A DNA stretch of 64,000 nucleotides from Chiloscyllium plagiosum (GCF_004010195.1 NC_057719.1:86932274-86996273), one strand, 5' to 3'. Counted from the first letter of the stretch, positions 1 to 13,469 are shown. Numbers and translations: made by a program. The notes: generated by a model not told the origin, from the letters alone.

Positions 1-2440
1 TTAATTCTATTTGCCAAAGCTATCTCATGTCCCCTTTTTGCCCTCCTGATTTCCCTCTTAAGTATACTCCTACTTCCTTTATACTCTTCTAAGGATTCAC
101 TCGATCTATCCTGTCTATACCTGTCATATGCTTCCTTCTTTTTTCTTAACCAAACCCTCAATTTCTTTAGTCATCCAGCATTCCCTATACCTACCAGCCT
201 TCCCTTTCACCCTGACAGGAATATACTTTCTCCGGATTCTTGTTCTCTCATTTCTGAAGGCTTCCCATTTTCCAGCTATCCCTTTACCTGCGAACATCTG
301 CCTCCAATCAGCTTTCGAAAGTTCTTGCCTAATACCGTCAAAATTGGCCTTTCTCCAATTTAGAACTTCAACTTTTAAGATCTGGTTTATGCTTTTCCAT
401 CACTATTTTAAAATGAATAGAATTATGGTTGCTGGCCCCTAAGTGCTCCCCCACTGACACCTCAGTCGCCTGCCCTTTCTTACTTCCCAAGAGTAGGTCA
501 AGTATTGCACCTTCTCTAGTAGGTACATCCACATACTGAATCAGAAAATTGTCTTGTACATAGTTAAGAAATTCCTCTCCATCTAAACGTTTAACACTAA
601 CGTCCCAGTCGATGTTTGGAAAGTTAAAATCCCCTACCATAACTACCCTATTATTCTTAAAAGTGGCTGAGATCTCCTTACAAGTTTGTTTCTCAACTTC
701 CCTCTGACTATTGGGGGGGGGGGGTCTATAATACAATCCCAATAAGATGATCATCCTTTCTTATTTCTCAGTTCCACCCAAATAACTTCCCTGGATGTAT
801 TTCCGGGAATATCTTTCCTCAGCACAGCTGTAATGCTATCCCTTATCAAAAATGCCACTCCCCCTCCTCTCTTGCCTCCCTTTCTATGCTTCTTGTAGCA
901 TTTGTATCCTGGAATATTAAGCTGCCAGTCCTGCCCATCCCTGAGCCATGTTTCCGTAATTGTTATGATACCCCAGTCCCATGTTCCTAACTATGCCTTG
1001 AATTCATCTACCTTCCCTGTTAAGCCCCTTGCATTGAAATAAATGCAGTTTAATTTATTAGTCCTACCTTGTCCCTGCCTGCCCTGACTGTTTGACTCAC
1101 TTCTGTTCTCAGCTGTACCTGTCTCCGATCGATCTCTTTCCTCACTATCTCCCTGAGTCCTACCCACCCCACCTTATTAGTTTAAATCCTCCCAAGCAGT
1201 TCCAGCAAATTTCCCTGCCAGTATATTAGTCCCCTTCCAATTTAGGTGCAATCTGTCCTTCTTGTACAGGTCACTTCTACCCCAAAAGAGATTCCAATGA
1301 TCCAAAAATGTGAATCCTTCTCCCATACACCAGCTCTTCAGCCATGCATTCATCTGCTCTATCCTCCTATTCCTGCCCTCACTAGCTCGTAGCACTGGGA
1401 GTAATCCAGATATTACTACCCTTGAGGACCTCCTTTTTAAATTCCTGCCTAACTCTCTAATGTCCCATCACAGTCTCAACCTTTTCCCTTCCAATGTTGT
1501 TGGTTCCAATGTGGACAATGACCTCTCGCCCGTGAGAACATTCTGCACCTTCTTGGAGACACCTTTGATCCTGGCATAGACATATCATCCTGTTTTTTTG
1601 CTGGTCACAGAAACGTCTGTCTGTACCTCTGACTACAGAATCCCCTAACACAATTGATCTCTTGGAAGCCGACGTACCCCTCGTTGCATTAGAGCCAGTC
1701 TCAATACCAGAAACTTGGCTGTTTCCCCTGAGAATCCATCACCCCTTACATTTTCCAAAACAGCATACCTGTTTGAAATGGGTATATCCACAAAAGACTT
1801 CTGTCCTAGGTGCCAACCTCTCTCACCCTTCCTGGAGTTAACCCATCTATGTGACTGTATCTGAGACTGTCCCCCCCTTACTATAACTGCCATCCATCAC
1901 ATACTATTGCTGTTGCAGATTCCTCATCGCTTCTATCTGTCTCTTCAACCAATCAACTCAATCCGATAAGATTCGCATCCAACAGCATTTATGGCAGATA
2001 TATGCCACAGTAACCCTTAAACTTTCTTTAAGCTCCCACATCTGACAAGTAGTACATATCACTGCAAAGACCAGTTTTGCTCCTTCACAATCTACAGACC
2101 CAGAAAGTAACACGGTCTTATTCATCTACAAACACTGCCCCCGGTTAAATTAATAGCTATGGCTTATATTTTAAGTTTAATCAAGAGACTTATCTCCAAA
2201 AACATATAATCAAGAAAGAATCCACTGTACTCACTACTGCAGCCTCTCTCTTGGACAGACTTAAAACAACCATGAACTTATCTGATTCTGTGCTGTGAAC
2301 TTAGCCCAACAGTTCCTCCAAGATTAGTTGTGAATTTCACTGTTTGTTAATTTTCCCAGATGTACTCCGATGTCCAGCGATACACGAATTCAAACAGCAA
2401 AGGCGGTAACTGTGCAGGTTCTCACTCTCACTCTCTCTCT
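1..2440 (-). mobile_element. CR1/HER1-type LINE, 5' half (5'UTR, SGNH-esterase-like ORF1, APE endonuclease), disrupted; continues left of window
   Basis: Minus ORFs LGDSVVRGTDRR...VHIGTNNIG (esterase-like ORF1) and GLYYRPP...VVMVGDFNFPNIDW...ILDLLLG...HLGASNHN (APE endonuclease); many frameshifts. Confidence 0.9.
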
Positions 2441-2444
2441 CTCT

Positions 2445-2895
2445 CAGGTCAGCCACAGGGCAATGGGATGTTGTTTTGGTGCACGAATCAGGCGTTCTCA
2501 AACGTTCCACGATTTGGCATCCTGTCTCCCCAGTGTACAAGAGACCACATCAAGAGCAACAGACACAGTAACATGTTTAGATGTGCAGGAAAATCTCAGC
2601 ATCCTTTGGGGCTTTGGTTGGAGGGGAGGGTGAGGTGCAGGTGCAGGTTTTACACCACTTGAAGTGGCAAGGGAAGGTGCCAGGAGTGGAAGGTAGGTTG
2701 TTGGGGTGTGTGGACCTAATGAGGCAGCCATGGAGGGAATGGTCTCTGCGAAATGCTGACAGAGCTGGGGAGGGAAATATATCTGTTGTGGTGGGGTCTG
2801 ACTGAAGATATTGGAAATGGCGAAGGATAACGTGTTCTATCCGGATTTGGTGGGGTGGAAGCTGAGGACCAGGTGGGTTATATCCTTGTGCTGTC
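2445..2895 (-). mobile_element. Penelope-like element fragment (RT-endonuclease linker, start of GIY-YIG)
   Basis: ORF 2577-2897 RHFQYLQSDPTTTDIFPSPALSAFRRDHSL...GTFPCHFKWCKTC; similar to copies at 20.9 and 31.6 kb. Confidence 0.8.
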
Positions 2896-2958
2896 ACTCA
2901 ACTTCACTGAGTGGGTGCCTACATACAAAAGGTCTGGAAAGCCAATTTGTTAAAGTAC

Positions 2959-3023
2959 CTGAAAAACGTTGCTCTCCAAAATCGTTCTCTATAGTTGTGT
3001 CCTCCAGTTTATCCCTCGAATCA
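2959..3023 (-). CDS. EXD1: Probable EXD1 coding exon 4 (variable linker): (N)DSRDKLEDTTIENDFGEQRFS
   Basis: Acceptor tttttgtgtttctgttttgaag; open in the phase-2 frame left by exon 3; donor CAG|gtactt (phase 1), or alternatively TTT|gtatgt with the exon ending at 2927. Low sequence conservation, so assigned by phase and position. Confidence 0.55.
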
Positions 3024-3104
3024 CTTCAAAACAGAAACACAAAAACATGATTTTCAGTGTTTTCCACTTTATTTAATGCAAAAGGTTAGGAATAATTTAT
3101 ACTG

Positions 3105-3845
3105 GGATCTAAGTTCACTCACTGAGCTGGAAGGTTCACTTTGAGACGTTTTGTCACCTGGTAACATCATCAGTGAGTCTCCAGTGAAGTGCTGGTGTTA
3201 TGTCCCACTTTCTATTTGTGTCTAGGTTACCTTGGATTGGTGTTGTCATTTCCTGTGTTTATGTCTTCCCTATGTTGGACGATGTCATTTCCTGTTCATA
3301 TTTTCCAGAAGGTGGTAGATGGGATCCAAGCCAATGTGTTTGATGGAGTTCCAGTTGGAATACCATGCTTTTAGCAATTCTCATGTGTCTCTGTTTGGCT
3401 TTTCCAAGGATGGATGTGTTGTTCCAGCCGAAGTGGTGTCCTTCCTCATCTGTCTGTAAGGATACTAGTGACAGTGGGTCATGTCTTTTTGTGGCTAGTT
3501 GATGTTCATAGATCCTGGTGGCTAGTTTTCTGCCTGTTTGTCCAATGTAGCTTTTGTTCTAGCTCTTGCAAGGTATTTTGTAAATGATGTTAGTTTTGCT
3601 TGTTGTCTGTATAGGATATTTTAAGTTCATTATCTACTGTTTTAGTATGCTGGTGGGTTCGTGGGTTACCATGATGCCAAGATGTCAGAGTAGCCTGCAG
3701 TCATTTCTGAGATGTCTTTGATATAAGGGACATGGCCGAGGGTTTCAGAGAGTGTTTTATCTGCTTGTTTGGGTTTGTTGCAGAGAAATCTGCAGACTGT
3801 GTTCATTGGGTACTCTCTTTTTGAATACGCCGTAGTTCCTCTGTG
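3105..3845 (-). mobile_element. Penelope-like element, inverted 3' portion (GIY-YIG region plus terminal repeat with degenerate hammerhead)
   Basis: Reverse complement matches ~4380-5060; minus-strand CTGATGA-TGTTAC-CAG-GTGAC-AAAACGTC at 3173-3145. Confidence 0.8.
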
Positions 3846-3854
3846 CTGCAGTGT

Positions 3855-5090
3855 GCAGTGACACCATTTACCACCAACTTCATCAGCAAGAATAATATCG
3901 TCAAGCTAGTGGACCTATACGTTACCACCCACTTCACCTTCAACAACAAAACCTACAGACAAACCAACAGAACACCCATAGTATCTCATATCAGGATTCT
4001 TAGCAGAAGCAGTAATGCAGACTCAAATAAACAGCTTTGCAAGCCATCCATCAAACTTTGGGTCCACTATGTGGATGACACCTTTGCCATCACTAAACAA
4101 AACAAATTTGAGGAAACCTTCAAGACCAAAGATATCCTTACAAGCATAAAATTCACAAGAGGAAGAAAACAACAAACTACCATTCCTAGATGTCACAGTA
4201 GAGTGAACAGTCAATGGGAAACTTCAAACCAACGTCTATGGGAAAACACCACAGATGGACCAGATACTGAACTATAGAAGCAATTATCCCAATAGCACAA
4301 GCGAAGCTGCATTAGAACATTTTAATGAGGCATCATACACTGCAGCACACAGGAATTATGAAGAGCAGAGTAAAATCACTTGTACAGTGTATTCAAAAAG
4401 AACGGTAACCAATGAACACAGTCTGCCAGTTTCTCAGCAATAAACCCAAACAAGCAGACAAAACCTGCCCTAATACCCTAGTCAAACCCAGAAGAAATGA
4501 CTGCCAGACTACTCAGACCTCTTAGCATCATGGTTGCCCACAAACCCACCTGCACACTAAACAGCAGCTAATTAACTTGAAAGATCCTACAGAGACAACA
4601 AGCAAAAATAACGTCATTTACAAAATACATTGCAAGAACTGTAACAAACACTACATTGGACAAACAGGCAGAAGACTATCCACCAGGATACATGAACATC
4701 AACTAGACCCAAAAAATGACCCAACTCTCACTAGTATCCTCACATATGGATGAGGAATGACACCACACTGACTGGGATAACACATCCATCCCATGACTAG
4801 CCAAACAGAGACATGCGCAAAAATATCTAGAAGCATGGCATTCCAACTGGATCTCTATCAGCACACACATTGACTTGTACCCCATTTACCACCCTCTGGG
4901 AAAAAAAAACAGAAAAGCTAATCACTAACCCAAGGAAATGTAAACACATTAAATAGAAAGGGGGACTTAACACCAGTGCTTCACTGGAGGCTCAGTGATG
5001 ATGTTATAATGTCTGAAAACGAACCTTACAGCTCAGCAAGCAAAATTACATCCAGAGCCTCAACCTGAGCTACATGTCTTCTCAAAACTG
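3855..5090 (+). mobile_element. Penelope-like element (RT, GIY-YIG, terminal repeat), degenerate
   Basis: THFTFNNKTYRQT...LWVHYVDDTF (RT); NNVIYKIHCKNCNKHYIGQTGRRLSTRIHEH at ~4608-4700 (GIY-YIG). Confidence 0.9.
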
Positions 5091-5179
5091 GATAAATTAC
5101 ATCTGTTCTCTCACCAGTTTCAATAAAGCAGGGATTAATATTTATACAACACATGCCTGGACAACATTAATAAATTTGT

Positions 5180-5520
5180 TATAAAAAGTCATTTTTGTAG
5201 CGCTCTTCCCAAGTGTTGGATGTCTCAAAACACTTTAAAAGTTGCAAAAAATACATGCAGCAACCTCGTACAAAATTACACGCAGCAATAATGATCAGAT
5301 AATCTGTTTCTACTTTAAAATTCTGATCGTGGAGGGGTAAATATGAACTCGTCAATGAACCTCTTCTTGATAATAGTATTGTTGGATCTTGTACATCCAT
5401 TTATTTGTAAGGACATCCAGGGCCACAGTTTAGCATCTCATCTGAAAAATGGCATCCCTAACTGTGCAACATTCCCATAGTGGTCTACTGAAATATACCT
5501 GAAGCCCTGAATCCAGAACT
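5180..5520 (-). mobile_element. Ancient SINE remnant (DeuSINE/SacSINE1-like)
   Basis: gtttagcatctcatctgaaaaatggcatccc resembles my recollection of the DeuSINE central domain; related pieces at ~48945-49170 (+) and ~57985-58190 (-). Confidence 0.5.
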
Positions 5521-5739
5521 TCTTAGTATGTTAAAAATTGGAGGCAAAAGTAGCTAAACTTAGTCACAATTCCAAAAAAAAGACAAGCTCACTCTTAGGA
5601 ATTATTGAATTAGATCCAAGAAAAGACCCTGTGTGAACCACAGTTTCTTGAGAAAAGCTGCGAGTTGGAGATGCCATGAACTTTCAGATGGCTGGCTGAA
5701 CAGCTATACTGTCATCTACCCGAGAAAAGGTTGCCAGTT

Positions 5740-6850
5740 TTTGAGTGCAACAAAGCAGAAGGCATTTGATAAAGTGACTATAAAAGTGAGTGTGCGAAGT
5801 ATGATTTGATGGCTTTGGGGAGGGGCTAGTTTAATGACATGGATACCAGATTGGCTGGCGAACATGAAGCAGGGATTAGGCATAAATGGATCATTACATC
5901 TTGCCCAGCTGAAAAGAATGTTGTGGCAGAGGGATAGGTGCTGGTGCCTCAGTTGTTTAGGATTTACAGAAATGACATGGATGAAGGGACAGGATGTTTG
6001 GCTGCCAAGTTTGCTGATGACTCAAGATAGTAGGAAACTAAGCTTTGAAAGCACGCGAGATGGTTTAAAATAAAAAGATACAAGTAAGAGAGTGGGCAAA
6101 AACCTGGCAAATAGAACATGAAGTGGGAAAGTATGAAATTGTCCATTTAGTCAGGAGGAATGAAAAAGAAGTTTATTATCTAATTGAAGAAGGACTCCAG
6201 AGCCTGGAGATGCACAGGGATCTGTATGTTCTAGTGCATGAATCACCAACGGTTAAAATTCGATATAGCAAGTAATTAGGAATTCTAATAGATTGCTATG
6301 ATTTACGGTAAGGAGAACTAAACAAAGATATGCAGCCATGCTTCAATTAAAGAGGGCACTAAGGAAACCATATGTGGAGTATTGTGTATAGTACTAATCA
6401 CCTTACTTGAAGGATGTAAATGCATTGAAACCATTTCAGAGGTTTAACAGAGTACTACTTGGAATGGCAGACAGGAATAGGTTTGTATTCGTTGGAGTTT
6501 AGAAGAGTAAGAGGTGGTTTGATTGAAACAATTAAGAAGCAGAGGGGTCTTTAAGACAGGGTTGATGGAGAGGGTGTTCTGTCTTCTAGGAGAATCAAGA
6601 ATTTGGGGTCACTTAAATATCAGGGTCACGCACTTAAAATATTCTGAGCGTCATGATTCTTTGGAACTCTTCTGAAAGCAGAGCCTTGAATATTTTTAAG
6701 GCAGAGATGGATATATGTTAAACAAGTGGTGAAAGGTCAAAGTACACAAAAAAGTAGATTCCAGGATATAATCAAACCAACTATGACCTTTCAGATGAAA
6801 GAACAGGGACGAAATAACCTGCTCTTGTGCCTTGTTCATATCTTCAAAAA
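5740..6850 (+). mobile_element. Old CR1-clade LINE, RT/3' portion
   Basis: KAFDKV-like ggcatttgataaagtg and AKFADD-like gccaagtttgctgatgac; heavily decayed. Confidence 0.8.
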
Positions 6851-6914
6851 GAAATTTCATGAAGCCTCATTCAATTTTTTTGGTGTGTTTGAATTGATTC
6901 GCCTGAGAATTAGT

Positions 6915-9245
6915 CAGAGAATCATAGAGGTGTACAGCACAGAAACAGACCCTTTGGTCCAACTTGTCCATGTCAACCAGATATCTAAACCAATCTAGTC
7001 CCATTTGCCAGCACTTGGCCAGATCCCTTTTAACCATTCCTATTCATATACCCACCCAGATGCATTTTAAAATATTGTAGTTGTACCAGTCTCCACCACT
7101 TCCTCTGGCAGCTCATTCCATACATGCACCATCTTTTGTATGAAAATGTTGCCCCTGAGGTTTCTGCTTTTTCTTTCCCCTCTCACCCTAAACCAATACC
7201 CTCATTCTGAACACCCCACCCCAGGTTAAAATTCGATATAGCAAGTAATTAGGAATTCTAATAGATTGCTATGATTTACGGAAGGAGAACTAAACAAAGG
7301 TATGCAGCCATGCTTCAGTTAAAGAGGGCACTAAGGAAACCATATGTGGAGTATTGTGTATTCCCACCCCAGGAAAATTTTATCTATAGGTCTATTTATC
7401 CTATTCATGCTCCTCACGATTTTATGAACCTCTGTAAGGTCACCCCTGAGCCTCCAATACTCCACAGAAAACAGCCCCAACTTATGCAGCCTCTCCCTAT
7501 AACTCAAATTCTCCAATCCTGGCAACATCCTTGTAAATCTTTTCTGAACCCTTTCAAGTTTCACAACATCTTTCCGATAGGAAAGAGACCAGAATTGCAC
7601 GCAATATTCCAACAGTGGCCCAAACAATGTCATGTCCAGCCGCAACATGACCTTCCAACTCCTGCACTCAATACTCTGACCAATAAAGGAAAGCATACCA
7701 AACGCCTTCTTCACTATCCTATCTAACTGCGACTCCACTTTCAAGGAGCTATGAACTTGCACTCCAAGGTCTCTTTGTTCAGCAACACTCCCCAGAACCT
7801 TACCATAAACGTGTAGAAGTCCTGCTCAGATTTGCTTTTCCAAAATGCAGCACCTCACATTTATCTAAATTAAACTCCATCTGACACTCCTCAGCCCATC
7901 TGAAGTCTGAAGGTCCACTACAACTCCAATTTTGGTGTCATCTGCAAACTTACTAACTGTACCTCCTTTTGTCAGATCTAAATCATTTATATACACGATG
8001 AATAGTAGTGGACCCAGATCCTTGTGGCACACCACTGGTCACAGACTTCCAGTCTGAAAGGCAACCCTCCACCACCCTCTTTTTCTACCTTCAAGCCAGT
8101 TGTGTATCCAAGTGTCTAGTTCTCCCTATAATTCCATGTGATCTAACCTTGCTAACCAGTCTCCCATAAACTTGTCAAATGCCTTACTGAAGTCCATATA
8201 GATCACGTCCACTACTCTGCCCTCATCAATCCTCTTTGTTAATTCTTCAAAAAAAGACTCAATCAAGTTCGTGAGACAATTTCCCATACACAAAGCTGTG
8301 CTGACTATCCCTAATCAGTCCTTGCCTTTCCAAATACTTGTACATCCTGTCCCTCAGAGTTTTCTCCAACAACTTACCCACCACCAATGTGTAAGGCTCA
8401 CTGGTTGATCATTCCCTGGCTTTTCCTAACCATCTTAGCCAACCTCCAGTCTTACAGTACCTCACCTGTGACTACTGATGATACAAATATCTCAGCAAGG
8501 GGCCGAGCAATCACTTCCTGAGCTTCCCACAGAGTTAGAGTGTACACCTTGGACGCTGCCTGACCTGCTGTGCTGTTCCAGCACCATATTCTTGACACTA
8601 CACCTGATCAGGTCCTGGCGATTTATCCAATTTTATGCATTTCAAGACATCCAGCACTTCCTCCCCTGTAATATGGAGATTTTTCAAGATGTCACCATCT
8701 ATTTTCCCACATTCTATATCTTCCCTGTCCTTCTCCACAGTAAATACTGATGCAATATACTTGTCCCATTTTATATCTACCCCCATTTCCTGCGGCTCCA
8801 CACATAGGCTGCCTTGCTTATCTTTGAGGGGCCCTGTTCTTTCCCCAGTTACCCTTTTGCCCTTAATGTACTTTTAAAAACCCTTTGGATTCTCCTTAAT
8901 TCTATTTGCCAATGCTATCTCATGTCCCTTTTTTTGCCCTCCTGATTTCCCTCACTTGATCTCTCCTGTCCAGACCCGACATATGCTTCTTTCTTTTTCT
9001 TAACCAAAACCTTAACTTCTCTGGTCATCCAGCATTCTCTATACCTATCAGCCTTTCCTAACAGGAATACACTGTCTCTGGACTCCTATTATCTAAATTT
9101 TGAAGGCTTCCCATTTTCCAGCAGTCCCTTTACCTGTGAACATCTACCCCCAATCAGCTTTTGAAAATTCTTGACTAATACTATCAAAATTAGCCATCCT
9201 CCAATTTAGAACTTCAACTTTTCAATCCGGTCTATTCTTTTCTTG
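6915..9245 (-). mobile_element. CR1/HER1 LINE, 5'-truncated, containing two small insertions
   Basis: Minus ORF 7331-7762 LLEYCVQFWS...ERVQKRFTRMLPGL; 3' tail gtcagagaatcatagag at the left end. Confidence 0.9.
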
Positions 9246-10034
9246 TAGTGAGAAAAATAGCCATTGCTCGATAGCTTACACCAATGATTCTGAAGTTTGA
9301 TTAAAGGACCTTTTCAACAGACTAGTAACCATAGGGGCTCCGGACTTTCATCCTACTCAAAGTTAACATGATATTCATAATAGAGAAGTGACAAATTGTA
9401 AATAGTGTGCTATAGTACTTTATCAAGACAGGCACTCAACAAGATAACATTAAGTTTGCTGCAAATATATCTGAGGAGGGGCAGGAACTTCAAGACTGGA
9501 GACAAGAGCATACAAAACATGAGGCTATTCATTTCATTATGTTCTCATCAGTCTAAAGAGAGTTACTCAGTCTAATCTGACCTTCCAGGTCTTGGTCTAT
9601 AACATTGTAGGTTACAGCACCACAACCATGTTCACAATTTTTGTTTTCTAAAACGTGATGAGTGTTTCTGTCTCTGCGATTCTTCCAGACAGTGAGATTC
9701 AAAGATACACCACCCTGTGGGTGACAACAATAGGGGACAAGCAATAAATGCTGGCCAGCAGCGACATCAATGGTTTATGAATGAATAAAAAATAATTACT
9801 CCTCCATTATTTTCCAATTACATTCAATCCATGTCTCCTGGCTATTGACCTCTCAGACTAATGGAAGTAGGTCTTTATGTTCCCAATAAAAACTATAAAT
9901 AATCAAAGACGACTTTTAGAACTCCAGATATGGAATCTGAAATTATGCCCCCTCAAAAGTCTCTAAATGAGTCAAGTGACATTACCACCATTGTCCCATT
10001 CACTTACATTCTAAGCCTTTTATAATACTACATA

Positions 10035-11460
10035 TTTCACTGAAGAAAATATGGGGAGGAGAGGGAGGCAACTGCTAAAATAGATTCTAGGCCTCCCAGA
10101 TGTCACCTCACCAGCTTTTTATTCGGAGATAAAATGAATATGGTCATGGAATATTGCCATAATCTGAATGTTATTAATACTGTTAAGGCATAATGCGGCA
10201 GAGGGAGGGTAATAGTTCCAAAATGTCATTTTTTACCCCATTGCGGATCTGCTGGGTTTTCAACCGGAGGTAACAGACCCCGGATTTAAAGTTTGGGCAG
10301 TGAGGAGAATCTCCTGTTTTGGTGATTTATTTGAAGGTGAATTTGAAGGTGACCAAATAATTCGCAAATATAGTTTAGTTAGCAAAGACCTTATCTGCTT
10401 TTTTTCAGGTCAGGGATTTTATTCAGAAAGGGACCACGCTCTTGACTAACCCCTCCAGATCTATTATGGAGAAGACGGTACTTTATGCTAAAAGTACTCT
10501 CTCTATTAGTATGCTTTATCATTTTCTGGGGGGTGATCCTTCAGAAGACGTTGAGCAGCTTTGTAGGTTTGAGAAAGGGAATTAAGGGTCCACATTTCTA
10601 TGGAGGCATGGGGGGGGGGGGGGGGGGGGAGAGAACATCTATGATAATGCGAGGAAGATCTCAATTTGTAATAGGACCCATGCCATACAGCTAAAGACTT
10701 GCATAGGCTCCATCACACCCCATACTATCCCTCAAGCTCTAAGGTGGGAGCATCCCCCTTTTGTCCTAAATGTAAGGTAAACATCGGTACTCTCACTCCT
10801 TGTTTCTGGTCCTGCCACAGGCTCGGTGCATATTGGAGTTCTGTGGCACGGGTTATAGAGAGGGTCTTGAGGGCAGAGGTTAACCTCTCTCCTCCTGGGC
10901 CTACCCAATATACCCTTTTTGGATGGACATGGGGAAAAAAGAACTTATTAATATCCTCACTTTATGCGCAAGGAAAAATTTATTTTAACTCTTTCCCCCC
11001 CCCCCCCCCTTTATGGAACTTATCTTTCTGGATGTTTTCACAAAAATCATGCACCAGAAAATAAAATTCCTATAGGACACGGCAGCCCTTTCTGGATTTC
11101 TTGGGTGCACATTTATCTGCCATTTTAACTAGGGCTTCCGTGTAATCACGGATTTAGTGTACTTGATGTCCTTCAAGGAAGAATTCCGAATATTTTAAGC
11201 ACAATACTTAGTGCTCTTGGAGGTAGAGAGCTAATGTTTTGTTGTGTTGGACTGTTTTGCTTGTTCATTAATGACCTTTATTGATTTGTCTGTTTTGTAC
11301 GTAAGTATAGTTGTATTTTGGGTGTACTGTTGCTGTTGTGGTTTTTTTCCTTTTCTCTCTTTTCGTTGTTATATGTATATAGAATAATGTTTACCGGTGT
11401 TGTAATTTTTTTTATGGCTTTGTAAAGAAAGAAAAGTTTAATAAAAATATATATTAAAAA
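10035..11460 (+). mobile_element. L1-clade LINE 3' portion
   Basis: C-terminal Cys-rich motif FCPKCKVNIGTLTPCFWSC (ORF 10699-11064); GT-rich 3'UTR; AATAAA at ~11440 followed by an A-rich tail. Confidence 0.75.
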
Positions 11461-11696
11461 TAAGTAGATTCTGAACAGGTTCAGAAGAAGAGTAATACTG
11501 GACTCAAAATGTCAAGTTTGTTTCTCTTTCCACAGGTATTGCTAGATCTACTGCGTTTCTCCAACATACGAGTGTTGGTTTCGTGGTGTACTTCAAATAA
11601 AGAGGGCTGATTCGAGAAAAAAGTCAGGAACAATTCCAAAGCTGAGGCACTTGGCAGTTGTTTGATTATAAGTGATGATACTAAAGATGTCAGAAT

Positions 11697-11980
11697 CAGT
11701 CTGCCAGGGACCCAGGTTCAATTCCCACCTTGGGCAACTGTCTGTGTGGAGTTTGCACATTCTCCCCATGTCTGCGTGGGTTTCCTCTGGGTGCTTCAGT
11801 TTCCTCCCACAGTCCAAAGATGTGCAGGTTAGGTGAATTGGCCATGCTAAATTGCCCGTAGTGTTAGGTGGATTAGTCAGGGGTAAATATAGTGGGGGTG
11901 GGTTTCTCTTCGGAGGGTCGGTGTGGATTTGTTGGGCCGAAGGGCCTGTTTCCACACTGTAGGTAATCTAATCTAATCAA
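11697..11980 (+). mobile_element. HE1-type tRNA-derived SINE (V-SINE), 5'-truncated
   Basis: B-box ggttcaattcc, central gtgtggagtttgcacattctcccc, CR1-like tail gggccgaagggcctgtttcc, (TAATC)n end. Confidence 0.9.
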
Positions 11981-12340
11981 ATGGTAATTTCAGTCATTGC
12001 AAAAGCAGCCATTGTGGAGAATAATAAAAAAAACTCTGCATAATTTCAAGGAATAATTCAGTGTGGCTGTGGGTCTTTGAGGATAGAAAAGGATGGTTAT
12101 ATCTCTGCACAAGGTATACTCTTCTGCCATTACTGGGTTGCTGAATAATACTAGAAACGTAAGCTACTCAAAATGCTCAGACCATGGTAGACTAGACTGG
12201 ATTTGATCAGTGAAACTTTAAAAGTACAACATTCAGTCAGTAAAATACAGCATAAGGAGTGCTATAACAGCAATTGTGGGTTTCTGGGTAATTGGGAGTT
12301 AAAACGAGAAAAGCTTGCAAATGAGCAAGCTGTCACCTAC

Positions 12341-12395
12341 TTGTTATTTGCTGATTTATTCATGGATCTGGTGGGCAAACCATCAAGGATCTCCA
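12341..12395 (-). CDS. EXD1: EXD1 coding exon 3: (L)EILDGLPTRSMNKSANN
   Basis: Acceptor tgtttgtttcag, donor AA|gtaggt; 55 nt, phase 1 to 2; corresponds to mammalian VELLDEVEQGS... as I recall it. Confidence 0.8.
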
Positions 12396-12594
12396 CTGAA
12401 ACAAACAGGACATTCACAAGTTAAGAAATAGAATCTGTTTTACATTATTTGCATGCAATTTCAGAAATTTTACCGCAAAAAAAAAAGCTTATGAGGATCC
12501 TCACTACTTTCAGTCAGAAGGCTTATCCAATAATTGGTGAGCCATACAAACCTGCAAGATTCCATTCCTTGGAATGCAGTTAGGTGAACACAGC

Positions 12595-13465
12595 AGCATT
12601 GCAGTGAGTGGAGGTTACCTCACATTACAACAGGATCTTGACCAGATGGGCCAATGGGCTGAGAAGTGGCAGATGGAGTTTAATTCATATAAATGAGAGG
12701 TGCTGCATTTTGGGAAAGCAAATCTTAGCAGGACTTATACACTTAATGGGAAGGTCTGAGGGAGTTGCTGAACAAAGACCTTGGAGTACAGGTTCACAGC
12801 TCCTTGAAAGTGGAGTGGCAGGTAGATAGGATAGTGAAGGCAGCGTTTGGTTTGCTTTCCTTTATTGGTCAGAGTATTGAGTACAGGAGTTGGGAGGTCA
12901 TGTTGCGGCTGTATAGGACATTGGTTAGGCCACTGTTGGAATATTGCGTGCAATTCTCGTCTCCTTCCTATCGGAAAGATGTTGTGAAACTTGAAAGGGT
13001 TTAGAAAAGATTTACAAGGATGTTGCCAGGGTTGGAGGATTTGAGCTATAGGATGAGGCTGAACAGGCAAGGGCTGTTTTCCCTGGAGCGTCGGAGGCTG
13101 AGGGGTGACCTTATAGAGATTTACAAAATTTATGAGGGTCATGGATAGGATAAAGACAAAGTCTTTTCTCTGGGGTCAGGGAGTCCAGAACTAGAGGGCA
13201 TAGGTTTAGGGTGAGAGGGGAAAAGATATAAAAGAGACCCAAGGGGCAACTTTTTCACGCAGAGGGTAGTATGTGTATGGAATGAGCTGCCAGAGGATGT
13301 GGTGGAGGCTGGTACAATTGCAACATTTAAGAGGCATTTGGATGAATAGGAAGGGTTTGGAGGGATATGGGCCGGGTGCTGGCAGGTGGGACTAGATTGG
13401 GTTGGGATATCTGGTCAGCATGGACCGAAGAGTCTGTGTCCATGCTGTACATCTCTATGACTCTA
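12595..13465 (+). mobile_element. CR1/HER1 LINE 3' fragment (young)
   Basis: KDLGVQVHSSLKV...RPLLEYCVQF; tail ctctatgactctat. Confidence 0.9.
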
Positions 13466-13469
13466 TATC

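Noticed and set aside
9275..9352. Alternative EXD1 exon 4 candidate (GAPMVTSLLKRSF..., donor gtaagc)
   Set aside because: In-frame TGA just upstream, and no acceptor compatible with the phase left by exon 3.
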